From contig CAWIIB010000009.1 in assembly GCA_963836075.1 (NCBI GenBank), positions 3,424,001 to 3,488,000 on the forward strand: a stretch of 64,000 bases of DNA, in the 5' to 3' direction. The position numbers were made by a program, and so were the translations under genes. The notes beneath the pieces are model-generated. The model was not told where the DNA came from, ran no database searches, and worked only from the letters and a program-made list of their open reading frames with translations. Source of the stretch: an uncultured Acidobacteriota bacterium (GTDB taxonomy: Bacteria > Acidobacteriota > JAQAZP01). Below, in pieces: positions 47,938 through 57,507 of the stretch (within the stretch, counting starts at the first letter, position 1; each line of letters opens with the position of its first letter).

Positions 47938-48717
47938 GTGAATGGCGAAGACTACGTTCTTGGGGAACTGCAGCAGGCGCTGGGCTACCACTTCCGCGAC
48001 CGCCATCTTCTGGAACGGGCCCTGACCCACTCCTCCTGGCGCCACGAGGCCCGGTCCCAGGGCGCGGAGGACCCGCTGGACAACGAGCCGCTGGAGTTTC
48101 TCGGCGATGCCCTGCTGGGCCTGGCCGTGGCCCGGGCGCTGTTCCGGCTGAATCCCGAAGCGGAGGAGGGGTTCCTCACCCGGGCCCGCTCCACCCTGGT
48201 CTCCACCGGGACCCTGGCCGAGGTGGCGCGGGAGATCTCCCTGGGCCGCTGCCTCCGGCTGGGCCGGGGCGAGGCGGCCAGTGGCGGGGAGGGCAAGGAG
48301 ACGATCCTGGAGAACACCCTGGAAGCCCTGCTGGCCGGGGTGCTGCTGGACGGCGGCGTGGCGGCGGCCGAGGCGGTGGTGTTGCGGCTCTTTGGCGAGC
48401 GTATGGAACGGCTGCGGCCCGGAGCGGACCTGACCCGTGACGACAAGTCGCGGCTCCAGGAACTGATCCAGTCCCGGGGACTGCCGCCGCCGGTCTACCA
48501 GATTCGGAGGGAGACCGGCCTGGACCATCAGAAGCGGTTCCTCGTGGCGGTCTGTCTGGAAGGAGTGGACCTGGCCCTGGCCGATGGGGGAAGCAAGAAG
48601 GAGGCTCAGCAGGCCGCGGCCCAGGCGGCCCTGGAGCGCTTCGCCCCCGGAGGGGTTCCGGACGAGGAGGCCCTGGCCCGGCTGAGCGGTCGGGCGGGGG
48701 AGGATGACGTCGAGTGA
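47938..48717 (+). CDS. rnc: Ribonuclease III
   Basis: ALTHSS, NEPLEFLGDA, LEALLAG, dsRBD KSRLQE..GSKKEAQQAAA. Confidence 0.95.
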   Translation: MNGEDYVLGELQQALGYHFRDRHLLERALTHSSWRHEARSQGAEDPLDNEPLEFLGDALLGLAVARALFRLNPEAEEGFLTRARSTLVSTGTLAEVAREISLGRCLRLGRGEAASGGEGKETILENTLEALLAGVLLDGGVAAAEAVVLRLFGERMERLRPGADLTRDDKSRLQELIQSRGLPPPVYQIRRETGLDHQKRFLVAVCLEGVDLALADGGSKKEAQQAAAQAALERFAPGGVPDEEALARLSGRAGEDDVE

Positions 48718-49250
48718 ACGGGGAAACGGTGAAGTGGGTTGTGGGCCTGATCGCGGCGCCGGACTTCGACCCCGGGGAGCTGGTGGAACCGCTGGCCCTG
48801 ATCATCGGCCCCGAGGAGCGGCGGTTCGGGCCCTGGCCCTTCAGCCAGACCGACTACTACCAGCCGGAAATGGGACCGGGGTTGGTTCGCTACTGGCTAT
48901 CGGCCACAGGGCAGGGCGACGCCTGCGATCTGGCCCGGATCAAAAGGGAATGCTCCCTGCTGGAAGACCGTTTCCGCCGTCCCGCTGCGGACGGGGGCGG
49001 GCGGCGGGTAAACATCGATCCCGGGTACCTCACCGCGGCCAAGTTCGTGCTCGCCTCGCACAAGAATTTCTCCCACCGCCTGGCGGTGGGGCAGGGGGTA
49101 TTTGCCGAGCTGACCCTCTGTTTTTCGCGCACGGGGATGGTCTTTCACAACTGGACCTACCCTGACTTCCGCCGCGGCGTCTACGACGAGGCCCTGAGGA
49201 CCATCCGGGCTGATTTCATGGCCCAGGTTCCGCCGGTGGAGGGCGGGTGA
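48714..49250 (+). CDS. DUF4416 family protein
   Basis: TDYY..EMG, RRVNIDPGY, LASHKNFSHR, WTYPDF. Confidence 0.85.
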   Translation: MNGETVKWVVGLIAAPDFDPGELVEPLALIIGPEERRFGPWPFSQTDYYQPEMGPGLVRYWLSATGQGDACDLARIKRECSLLEDRFRRPAADGGGRRVNIDPGYLTAAKFVLASHKNFSHRLAVGQGVFAELTLCFSRTGMVFHNWTYPDFRRGVYDEALRTIRADFMAQVPPVEGG

Positions 49251-49266
49251 GACCCGCACGCTCGTG

Positions 49267-49295
49267 TTGACTACCCCTCAAGGGTAGAATATGAT
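49267..49295 (+). promoter_or_regulatory. sigma70-type promoter
   Basis: TTGACT-N17-TATGAT upstream of the anti-sigma gene. Confidence 0.55.
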
Positions 49296-49365
49296 CTTCC
49301 AGAGGGTTAGAGGCCCGGACTACCCACGTTTCGTGAGAAGCCCGGGCCGATTCATATGGGGCCTC

Positions 49366-49803
49366 ATGGTTGAAGATACCGGCCAGTCTGTTGAGGTGGT
49401 CATCGCCAACCAGTTCGAGATGATCGAGCTGGTGCAGTCGGTTCTCGATGATTTGACCGAGCTGGTGGATTTTGACGAGGAGACGGTTCACTGGATGGGA
49501 ATGGCGTTGCGCGAAGCGCTGAACAACGCCATCAAACATGGGAACAAGCTTGATCCGGGGAAGCATGTCCGGGTCACCTTCGACCTGTTGCCCGAGACGC
49601 TGGAGATCAAAGTCCTGGACGAAGGGGACGGTTTTGACGTCGCCAGTCTGCCCGATCCCACCGAGCCGGCCAACCTGCTGAAACCGAGCGGACGCGGAAT
49701 CTTCTACATGAGAAAGTTCATGGATCGGTTAGAATTCAAGACAGAGAAGAATAAGGGCACTGAAGTTCACCTGGTCAAGAAGCGTCCAGACGCCGGGGAC
49801 TGA
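49366..49803 (+). CDS. RsbW/SpoIIAB-like anti-sigma factor Ser/Thr kinase (HATPase)
   Basis: EALNNAIKHGN, DEGDGFD, SGRGIFYM. Confidence 0.92.
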   Translation: MVEDTGQSVEVVIANQFEMIELVQSVLDDLTELVDFDEETVHWMGMALREALNNAIKHGNKLDPGKHVRVTFDLLPETLEIKVLDEGDGFDVASLPDPTEPANLLKPSGRGIFYMRKFMDRLEFKTEKNKGTEVHLVKKRPDAGD

Positions 49804-49872
49804 CACACCCGCGGCGGCAGATGGTTTTACTATGGCGCGGCCGTGCCGGGCCGGAGAAGAGGAGAAGAGCTG

Positions 49873-50211
49873 ATGAAGACCAGCATCCGGACAACAGGGG
49901 ATGTGGCGATTCTGGATCTCAAGGGGAAGATCACCATTGGTGAAGGCGACGTGGCGCTCCGCGAGAATATAGAGCAGCTGCTCGAGGAGGGAAAGAAGAA
50001 GATCATCCTCAACCTGGCCAAAGTCAACTACATGGACAGCTCCGGCGTTGGCGAGCTGGTGGGAACCTTCACCACGGTGAACAACCGCGGCGGGAAGATG
50101 AAGTTGCTAAACCTGACCGAAAAAATCCAGGACCTGCTCCAGATCACTCAACTGCTCACCGTGTTCGAGTGTTTCAGCGACGAGGCGGAGGCGGTGGCCA
50201 GCTTCTCCTGA
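49873..50211 (+). CDS. STAS-domain anti-sigma factor antagonist (RsbV/SpoIIAA-like)
   Basis: IILNLAKVNYMDSSGVG, LQITQL. Confidence 0.93.
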   Translation: MKTSIRTTGDVAILDLKGKITIGEGDVALRENIEQLLEEGKKKIILNLAKVNYMDSSGVGELVGTFTTVNNRGGKMKLLNLTEKIQDLLQITQLLTVFECFSDEAEAVASFS

Positions 50212-50237
50212 TATCGTCATTATTGTACTCATTCGCG

Positions 50238-50274
50238 AAAAAAGGGACACTCGACTTGTTTGAGTGTCCCTTTT
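50238..50274. terminator. Bidirectional intrinsic terminator
   Basis: AAAAAA-GGGACACTC-N9-GAGTGTCCC-TTTT between convergent genes. Confidence 0.85.
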
Positions 50275-50309
50275 GCATGCATATCGAAACCGGTGTCCGC
50301 CCCTGGTCC

Positions 50310-50714
50310 TCACGGATTGAGCCGCAGGTCGCAGCGCCCGTCCAGTACGCGGCATTCCAGAGAAGCCGTGGCCCTGTCGCGAAAGGTCATGGTCAGGGTG
50401 ATCAGCCCGCCGCCGGCCGCCCCGGTTTCCTGCACTTCAGCCCGGTCAACGGTCCGGCCCTCGAACCAGCTGCTGTGATCCTCCGCTGAGTAGCCGTCAT
50501 CCAGGTCATCCCCGATCTCGCAGGCCGGGAAGCGGTCGACACCGCAGTAGCTCCCGTCGATAAAGATGCGAAACCACCCCTCACCGCCGGCGTCCTCCAC
50601 CCAGAGCAGGATCGTGTTGCCGTCCGACACGTCCACCACGGCCGTGGCCTCGCCGAACTCGATTCCGGCCAGCCCGTCCAACGGGCCCTGGTGGTGCTGA
50701 AAGATTCGTTCCAT
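50310..50714 (-). CDS. Hypothetical acidic protein
   Basis: ATG with an AAGGGA RBS 19 nt downstream of the ftsK stop; protein-like composition; followed by the terminator. Confidence 0.65.
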   Translation of the reverse strand: MERIFQHHQGPLDGLAGIEFGEATAVVDVSDGNTILLWVEDAGGEGWFRIFIDGSYCGVDRFPACEIGDDLDDGYSAEDHSSWFEGRTVDRAEVQETGAAGGGLITLTMTFRDRATASLECRVLDGRCDLRLNP

Positions 50715-50732
50715 TGGCTGTCCCTTTTCACG

Positions 50733-53193
50733 CTACCGCTGTTGCTCATCCACCTCGTCAAAATAGTCGCCGTCCACCAGGATCTCACGGGCCTTGCTGC
50801 CCTCGTGGGGGCCGACGATGCCGTCCATCTCCATGTAGTCGATGAGCCGGGCCGCGCGGCTGTAGCCAATTTTCAGCCGCCGCTGGAGGTGGGAGATGGA
50901 GGCCTGGCCCGACTTGACCACGATGCGCACCGCCTCGTCGTAGAGCGGGTCCTGGTCGTTATCCCCGCTGCTGCCCAGTCCGCCGCCCAGGGGATCCTCC
51001 TCCGCTTCGAGGTCCAGTTCGTAGCTGGGCCGGGCCTGTGCGCGGAGGAAATCAACCAGCCGCGTGGTTTCCTGTTCGGTGATGTAGGCGCCGTGGATTC
51101 GCACCAGGCGCGAACTGCCCGGCGGCAGGAACAGCATGTCGCCGTCGCCCAGCAGCTTCTCGGCGCCGCCGGTGTCGATGATCGTGCGCGAGTCGATGCG
51201 CGAGGAAACCCGGAAAGAGATCCGCGCCGGCAGGTTGGCCTTGATCAGTCCGGTGATTACGTCCACCGAGGGGCGCTGGGTGGCCACCACCAGGTGGATC
51301 CCCACCGCCCGGGCCATGTGGGCCAGCCGGGCGATGCACAACTCCACTTCCGACGTGTTGCCGACCATCATCAGGTCAGCCAGCTCGTCGATCACCACCA
51401 CGATGTAGGGCAGCGGTTTGTCTTCCTTCCGCTCCACGGTGAGTTTCTCGGTGGCGCCGTCCTCGTCGGCTTCGGGCTTCGGCGCGGCCGGTTTCTTCGG
51501 ACCCGCCTCCGCTTCCTGACGCAGCACCTTGTTGTACTGCTCGATGTTGCGCACGCCGTACGAGGCCAGCTGGGTGTAGCGGTTCTCCATCTCGGTCACT
51601 GCCCATTTCAGGGCGCTGGCCGCCAGCTTGGGGTCGGTGACCACCGGAGTCAGCAGGTGGGGGATGTCCTCGTAGATCCCCAGCTCCAGCCGCTTGGGAT
51701 CGATGAGCACAAAACGGACCTCACTGGGAGTGGAGCGGTGGAGGATGCTGGAGATCATCACGTTCAGGCCCACACTCTTGCCCATCCCGGTGGCCCCGGC
51801 GATGAGCATGTGGGGCATGGAGGCCAGGTCGGAGGTGTAGATCTTGCCGTCGATGGTCTTGCCCAGGGCCAGGGGCAGCCGCGAGGTGGTTCCGCGGTAG
51901 CTGTCGGAATCGAGGATCTCACGCACGGCGATGATCTCGCGGTTGAGGTTGGGCACCTCGAGGCCGATGGTGGAGCGTCCGGCCATGCGGTCGATGCGGA
52001 TCGACTCGGCCCGCAGGGCGAGGCAGAGATCGTCGCTCAGCGAGACGACGCGGCTGTACTTGACCCCGGGGTCCGGACGGAACTCGAAGGTGGTGACCAC
52101 CGGCCCGGGATGGATGCGCACCACATTGCCGCCGACGCCGAACTCCTCCAGTTTCTCCACCAGGATCTTCGACTTGCGCACCAGCTCGTCTTCGTCCACC
52201 CCGGCGTCAGGCAGCGGCATGTTGAGCAGGTCAAGGGGCGGTGTCTTGAATTCCTCCTCGCTCTCCTTCTTTTTGGGAGGCCTCCGAGGTGGTTTGGGCT
52301 TCGGTTTGTCGGGGGGCTCCACCGCCGGCCGGGGCGGGGGAGTGAGAACCGGCGGCTCGGCCGGCGGCATGGGTGTTTTAAGGGCCGGGATGTTCAGCGG
52401 TTCCGGCGCCGCGGGTGCCGGGCGGGTTCCGCGGTGGATCTGCGGCGACTTCTTATTTCGGGATGTCGGGTGGACCGGACTCCTCCCGGTCCTTGCCGCG
52501 GCTCCGGGCGGGGCGCTCCTTCTTTTTCTGCGCTCTCTCCTCCAGGCGCTGCCGGGCATGCTCCCGCACCGTTGCCCACAGTCCGGCGCACCATTCGGCG
52601 AACCCGCGGAACCAGCCTGCCACCCGGGAAAAAACCGCGCCGGCCAGGCCGCCGGGGGTGAAGCTGGAGATCATCATCACGCCCACCAGCAGGGCGGCAA
52701 TGAGCACCACCCAGCTGCCCACGGTGTTTACCAGCCCGGCAAGGAAACCGGCCAGCAGGCTGCCGATCCAGCCGCCGGGCATGATCTCTGCGCCGCCCAT
52801 GGCCAGGGGGTGGATGAAGATCAACTGGAGCAGGGCGGTGAAGGCCACGGTGATCAGCACCATACCGGCCAGCCGGACCAGGCGTGAGTCAAAAGTCCGG
52901 TCCCGGGCAATGATCAAGGCCAGCGAGAGCAGCAGCAGGCCCAGCAGAAACGAACTCATCCCGGCGAACTGCAGCAGGGCCTCGGAGATGGTGGCCCCCA
53001 CCAGACCGAACCAGTTCTGGGGATCGGGTCCGTCGGGGTTGAAGAACCAGGACCGGTCCGCGGCGTTGTAGGAAGCCAGGCTGGTCAGCACCGCCACCGA
53101 CAGGACCACGAAGAGAATGGAGAGGTAGTGGCGGGAGCGGCGCGGTGCGGCATCTTTGGCCCCGGTCTTTCCCTTTTTCTTTTTCTTCGGCAT
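50733..53193 (-). CDS. ftsK: DNA translocase FtsK (apparent frameshift at ~52450-52480)
   Basis: N-terminal 4TM domain (start MPKKKKKG at 53193, NWFGLVGA, GGWIG); motor domain PHMLIAGATGMGKS, IDPK, IDELADLM, ATQRPS; gamma domain QRRLKIGYSRAAR. Confidence 0.93.
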
Positions 53194-53215
53194 CGTTCCC
53201 TCGTGCGTCGTCCGT

Positions 53216-54076
53216 TTACTCGGCCAGCGGGGCCAGTTCCCGGGCCAGGGCGGTGAACTCCTCCAGGTCGAGGGTTTCACCCCGGCGGTCCCGGGCCAGG
53301 TCCAGCTTGAGGAACAGGGCGGTCAATGTCTTGTCCTTACCGGCGAACCGGCGGTCGGCCCGGAGGTTGTTGAACAGTGTTTTGCGCCGGCTGCGAAAGG
53401 CGGCTGAGACCACCTCCAGCAGCCAGCGGCGCTGTTCACCGGACATCGACCGCCCTTCCCGCGGGCTGAGACGGATCACCGTGGCATCGACGTTGGGCTT
53501 CGGCCTGAAGGCGTCCCGGCCAACATCGAGCAGCGGTGTCACCGAGCAGTCCAACTGCACCACCAGGCTGAGGAAACCGTACGCCGCGGAGGACGGACGG
53601 GCCGTCATGCGCTGGGCCACCTCCCGCTGGACCATGAAGGTCATATCCTGCACCAGCGGCAGGTGGTCCATCCAGCGCCGGACCAGCGGCACTGAAATGT
53701 TGAACGGCAGGTTCCCGGCCAACCGGAGTTTCTGTCCGCCTTCCGGCTGGAGGCCCAGCAGGTCCAGAACCTCTTGCGGCCCCACCTCCAGGGCGTCCGC
53801 CTCCAGAACCCTCAGGCTGGGGAAGCGCCGGCCCAGACCCTCGCGCAGGATCGAGGCCAGCAGGGGGTCGATTTCCACCGCTACAATCTGGGCCGATCGG
53901 CCGGCCAGCTGCTCGGTGAGCACTCCCTCTCCCGGGCCGATTTCCAGGAACAGGTCACCGGGCCGGGGGCCGATGGCCGAAACGATGCGCTCCGCCGCCG
54001 CTCGGTCACGGAGGAAGTTCTGTCCCCAGCGACGACGGGACGGGCCGTAGTGATACCTGCCCGCAACCTGCTTCAT
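53216..54076 (-). CDS. rsmA: 16S rRNA (adenine-N6)-dimethyltransferase
   Basis: WGQNFL, LEIGPGEG, VEID, GNLPFNIS, QREVA, FRPKPNVD, RRKTL. Confidence 0.95.
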   Translation of the reverse strand: MKQVAGRYHYGPSRRRWGQNFLRDRAAAERIVSAIGPRPGDLFLEIGPGEGVLTEQLAGRSAQIVAVEIDPLLASILREGLGRRFPSLRVLEADALEVGPQEVLDLLGLQPEGGQKLRLAGNLPFNISVPLVRRWMDHLPLVQDMTFMVQREVAQRMTARPSSAAYGFLSLVVQLDCSVTPLLDVGRDAFRPKPNVDATVIRLSPREGRSMSGEQRRWLLEVVSAAFRSRRKTLFNNLRADRRFAGKDKTLTALFLKLDLARDRRGETLDLEEFTALARELAPLAE

Positions 54077-54171
54077 GCCTGTTCTGTTCCAAAATTGTTG
54101 ATACAATACGGCTTATTGTAGGGGAAGAGGCGGCTGAAATCAACGGCCGCCCGCGGGCCGGGCAGCATCCA

Positions 54172-54201
54172 TTGACAAGCCAAAATGGGCGTCGATAGAA
54201 T
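54172..54201 (+). promoter_or_regulatory. sigma70-type promoter
   Basis: TTGACA-N18-TAGAAT. Confidence 0.6.
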
Positions 54202-54290
54202 CGGGCCCTGTTGAATGGAACCCATGACATCCACGGCCAGCCAGCTCCAGTGCGTCCAGATCGCCGGGGCGGTGGAGGACCGGTGAGCCG

Positions 54291-55676
54291 ATGAACGACA
54301 GCAGGCAGGAGATCATCGTGGTGGGCGGGGGAGTGAGCGGCCTCTCCGCCGCCTGGTATCTCAGCCGGCTGTTGCCGCCGGGCGAGGTCCGGCTGCGGCT
54401 GGTGGAAGCCGACCGGTCCCTGGGCGGTCTGGCCGGATCGATGCCCCTGGGGGACCTCGAGGTGGACCGCTTTTACCACTTCGTGCTCAAGCCGGACCGC
54501 CACTACATGGAGCTGCTGGACGAACTGGGTCTGGGCAGCCGCCTGACCTGGCGCACTTCACGGATGGCCTTCTTTCACCAGGGCCGGCTGGTACCCTTCG
54601 GCACCCCGCTGAGCCTGCTGCTTTTCCCCGGCATGGGACTGGCCCACAAGCTGGCCTACGGGTATCAGGTCTTCCGCTCCAACCTGCGGCGGGACTGGCG
54701 TGACCTGGAGGGGCAGTCGGCTGTTGGCTGGCTCAAGCGGAACTTCGGCCAGCGGGGATATGCCGCCTGGTGGCGCCAGCTGATGGAGATGAAGTTTCGC
54801 GAGCACACCCCGGATGTTTCGGCAGCCTGGGTCTGGGCGCGGATCCGGCGCAACGCCCGGTCGCGGCACCGCCTGCTCACCGAACGGGCCGGCTACCTGG
54901 AAGGCGGCACCTCGGTCTTCATCAGGGCCCTGGAGCGGCAGTTGAAGGAGCGCGGGGTGGAGATCCTCACCGGCCGGCCGGTGGAGAGCCTGCTTCTGGA
55001 TGCCGGCGGCGGCGGTGTGCGGGGCGTGCGGGCGGGCGGGCAGGAGCTGCCGGCCTCGAAGGTTGTTTTCGCCGCACCGCTGGTGAATCTGGCCGGTCTG
55101 CTGGATGGGCCGGTCCCGGCGGACTACGGCAACCGTCTGGGCCAGCTGAAGAACATCGGCTGCACCTGCACCCTGATCCGGCTGGACCGCCGGCTCACCG
55201 ACAGTTTCTGGGTCAACTTCTCCGACCAGCGGGTGCCCCACGCCGGGATCATCGAGTGGACCAACCTCTGCCGCGAGGAGCGGTTCGGCAACTCCTCGCT
55301 GATCTACATCCCGGAATACGGGGAATTTGCCGCCGGGGATCCGGCTGCCGACCCCGAAGCTCAGCTCCGGCGGTACCTGCCGGTATTTTCGGCCATCAAC
55401 CCCGGCTTCCGCCACACCTGGGTCACGGACCTGGCCGTGGCCGGTTCACCCCACGCCCAGCCGATCTGCGGCCGTCACTTCACCCGCTCACTGCCGCCGG
55501 TGCGCACGCCGATTCCCGGCCTGTGGGCTGCCGACTCCACTCACATTTTGCCCGACGACCGCACCATCTCGGCCAGCCTCAGCCTGGGACGGCTCATCGC
55601 CCGCGACGTGGCTGAGCAGTTCCCGGGCCGCGGCCGGTGGAGCGAGCAACTGCTCTGGTCCCCCGAAGGCTTCTAG
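54291..55676 (+). CDS. FAD-dependent oxidoreductase (amine oxidase/PPOX superfamily)
   Basis: VGGGVSGL, LGGLAGS, DRFYHF, SAAWVWARI, GYLEGG, AQPI, PDDR. Confidence 0.85.
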   Translation: MNDSRQEIIVVGGGVSGLSAAWYLSRLLPPGEVRLRLVEADRSLGGLAGSMPLGDLEVDRFYHFVLKPDRHYMELLDELGLGSRLTWRTSRMAFFHQGRLVPFGTPLSLLLFPGMGLAHKLAYGYQVFRSNLRRDWRDLEGQSAVGWLKRNFGQRGYAAWWRQLMEMKFREHTPDVSAAWVWARIRRNARSRHRLLTERAGYLEGGTSVFIRALERQLKERGVEILTGRPVESLLLDAGGGGVRGVRAGGQELPASKVVFAAPLVNLAGLLDGPVPADYGNRLGQLKNIGCTCTLIRLDRRLTDSFWVNFSDQRVPHAGIIEWTNLCREERFGNSSLIYIPEYGEFAAGDPAADPEAQLRRYLPVFSAINPGFRHTWVTDLAVAGSPHAQPICGRHFTRSLPPVRTPIPGLWAADSTHILPDDRTISASLSLGRLIARDVAEQFPGRGRWSEQLLWSPEGF

Positions 55677-55688
55677 CAGAGGTGTCTG

Positions 55689-56750
55689 TCACCTCTTGAG
55701 CAGCAGCTGCGGCAGAGCGGAGAGGGCGCCGGCGCCCACAGCGGTGAGGGCCAGCTGTTTGAGCAGGAAGAGGCGGATCGCGCCCGGCACCCCGAATATC
55801 CGTGCGGCGTGAGCCACGAAGCGCCGCCAGAGCATCAGCAGCAGCAGCTGCTGCAGGACCAAAGCCGCCGCCATGGGCAGGGGCCGGAAGGGCAGGGCGG
55901 CGACGATCAGCCAGCCGAGGCCGCTCAGAGCGATGGAGAGCGGCATGAGAGCCCGGTCATACCCGCCGTCGCTTCTCCATTGTCGAGGAGTCCGGGAACG
56001 GATCAGGGCGAATACCCGGCTTTTGACGTAGTAGTTGCGCCAGAATTTTCGCAGGCCGAACCGGCTGTTGTGGCTCATCCGCGCCGCTGACGCCAGCAGG
56101 GTCGCCCGGCCCGCGGCCCGCAGGCGGTAGCCCAGGCCGAGATCCTCCACGGTGGCCCCGCCCAGGGTCTGGTCGAAGCCGCCCACCGCCTCGAGGGCCG
56201 ACCGGCGGACCAGAGCGCACTGTGAGCCGAAATTGGTCGGTGATCCGTCGCCGGCTTCCAGGTAGGTGAAGGCCGAGAAGCAGGTGGTGAAGTGGGAGAG
56301 CCACCCGCCGGCGAGGTTGCGTTCCCGATACACGCCCACCGCCGCGGCGGGGCCTGCCCCGCCAAGTGTGTGTACGAGCCGGGGCAGGGTATCCGGTTCC
56401 AGCACCACGTCGCTGTCGGTGAACAGCAGCAGCTCGCTGCCGGCTTCCGCCGTTCCCAGGTTTCTGGCTGCTGCCGCGCCGCGGCCCTCGGGCTGCCGCA
56501 GGAGACGGCAGTTACCCCCGTCGGCGATGAACCCCTCCACCTCCCGGGCTGTACGGTCGGTGCTGCCGTCATCCACCACGATGATTTCGGCCAGCAGCGC
56601 CCGGCTGGCGTGCAGCGAGTCCAGGGTGGCCCGAATGGTGGCGGCGCCGTTGCGCACCGGTATGATCACTGTCACCTGGGGCCGGCCTTCGGCGGCCGCT
56701 TCCCGAATCCCGCTGCCCGGTGTGCTGCTCTGGTCGGTGGACTGTCCCAT
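55689..56750 (-). CDS. Glycosyltransferase family 2 with C-terminal TM helices
   Basis: VIIPVRN, VVDDGSTD, AARNLG, FTDSD, VGGFD, VEDLGLGYRL. Confidence 0.9.
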   Translation of the reverse strand: MGQSTDQSSTPGSGIREAAAEGRPQVTVIIPVRNGAATIRATLDSLHASRALLAEIIVVDDGSTDRTAREVEGFIADGGNCRLLRQPEGRGAAAARNLGTAEAGSELLLFTDSDVVLEPDTLPRLVHTLGGAGPAAAVGVYRERNLAGGWLSHFTTCFSAFTYLEAGDGSPTNFGSQCALVRRSALEAVGGFDQTLGGATVEDLGLGYRLRAAGRATLLASAARMSHNSRFGLRKFWRNYYVKSRVFALIRSRTPRQWRSDGGYDRALMPLSIALSGLGWLIVAALPFRPLPMAAALVLQQLLLLMLWRRFVAHAARIFGVPGAIRLFLLKQLALTAVGAGALSALPQLLLKR

Positions 56751-56824
56751 GGCGCAATGGTATACCAGCCGCGGCCGGGTTGGCCAGATGGGCGTTCCGC
56801 CGGGTGGTTTCTTTGATTGCGGGG

Positions 56825-56865
56825 AAAAAAGGTGGCGGGAGGAGGTCAGGCCGGCCTCCTCCCGC
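56825..56865 (-). terminator. Intrinsic terminator upstream of the GT2 gene
   Basis: GCGGGAGGAGG-N9-CCTCCTCCCGC 11-bp stem, then CACCTTTTTT on the minus strand. Confidence 0.75.
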
Positions 56866-56960
56866 TCTCACACAATACCTTTCGGCATTTCCCGGACCCG
56901 TTTCGGGCGAATGTACCAAGTCCGCCCCGAGGCCGGGCATCCGGTTACCAGTGGATGAGG
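56825..56960 (-). ncRNA. Candidate structured small RNA or attenuator leader
   Basis: Consecutive hairpins on the minus strand, including AAUGCC-GAAA-GGUAUU and G.U pairs valid only on that strand, ending in the terminator; no family recognised. Confidence 0.4.
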
Positions 56961-57229
56961 GGTAAACATCCCCGGTTCCCGGGTTTGTTGTGTCAACCCG
57001 GGAACCAGCAAGGAAGCAACCAGTGACCGGTGTATCTCACAACGTTTGTTGCCCCGGATATATCGCAATCTCCATGCCAGCGGCCGCAGCAGATTCTGAT
57101 GGCCACAAGTTGTTTGTATGCAGCAGATAAAAAATCAGCTGCTCTGGCCCGGGTTCCGCGGCGCTGCTCGGGAGATTACAATAGTGAAACTCAGAGTGTC
57201 CAAAATGGTAACTCTCGTTGATACCTGGA

Positions 57230-57258
57230 TTGACTCCCCATCGGGGCGGCCCTATAAT
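57230..57258 (+). promoter_or_regulatory. sigma70 promoter of the moxR-bat operon
   Basis: TTGACT-N17-TATAAT. Confidence 0.7.
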
Positions 57259-57507
57259 TTTTCGGCTTCGGTCCGTTTTTGATGACAAACAATGTCAAAA
57301 TGGCATGGGCCGGAATGCCGCCTGGAAGGACGGGCCAGGGTGTCAACAGGCGTAACCTTTGTTATTGCAGCAATATAAAGTCCGTCAGGTGCCGGTTGAA
57401 ATCCTGGCATCGGTTTTGCTATTTCCAGTAAAGTTCACCCGGGATTGTGCCAGGATGGCGGCCGGCCCGCTGCCGGCGGCCAGTGTCAAAATACCAGCGG
57501 GGAGGTC

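Noticed and set aside
48300-48330. RNase III with Asn at the second acidic position (LENTLEA) and NEPLEFLGD
   Set aside because: The essential Glu/Asp residues are retained and Asn variants occur in active enzymes; not evidence of a new function.
49366-50211. RsbW/STAS pair without an adjacent sigma factor as a novel system
   Set aside because: Orphan partner-switching pairs are common and well described.
56995-57035. AAGGAAGCAACC resembling the SRP (4.5S) RNA core
   Set aside because: It lacks the CAGG-x-CC-GNRA-GG helix-8 arrangement and the long closing stem.
57037-57288. 83-aa minus-strand ORF in the long intergenic region
   Set aside because: No clear RBS, non-coding-like composition, and it overlaps the moxR promoter.
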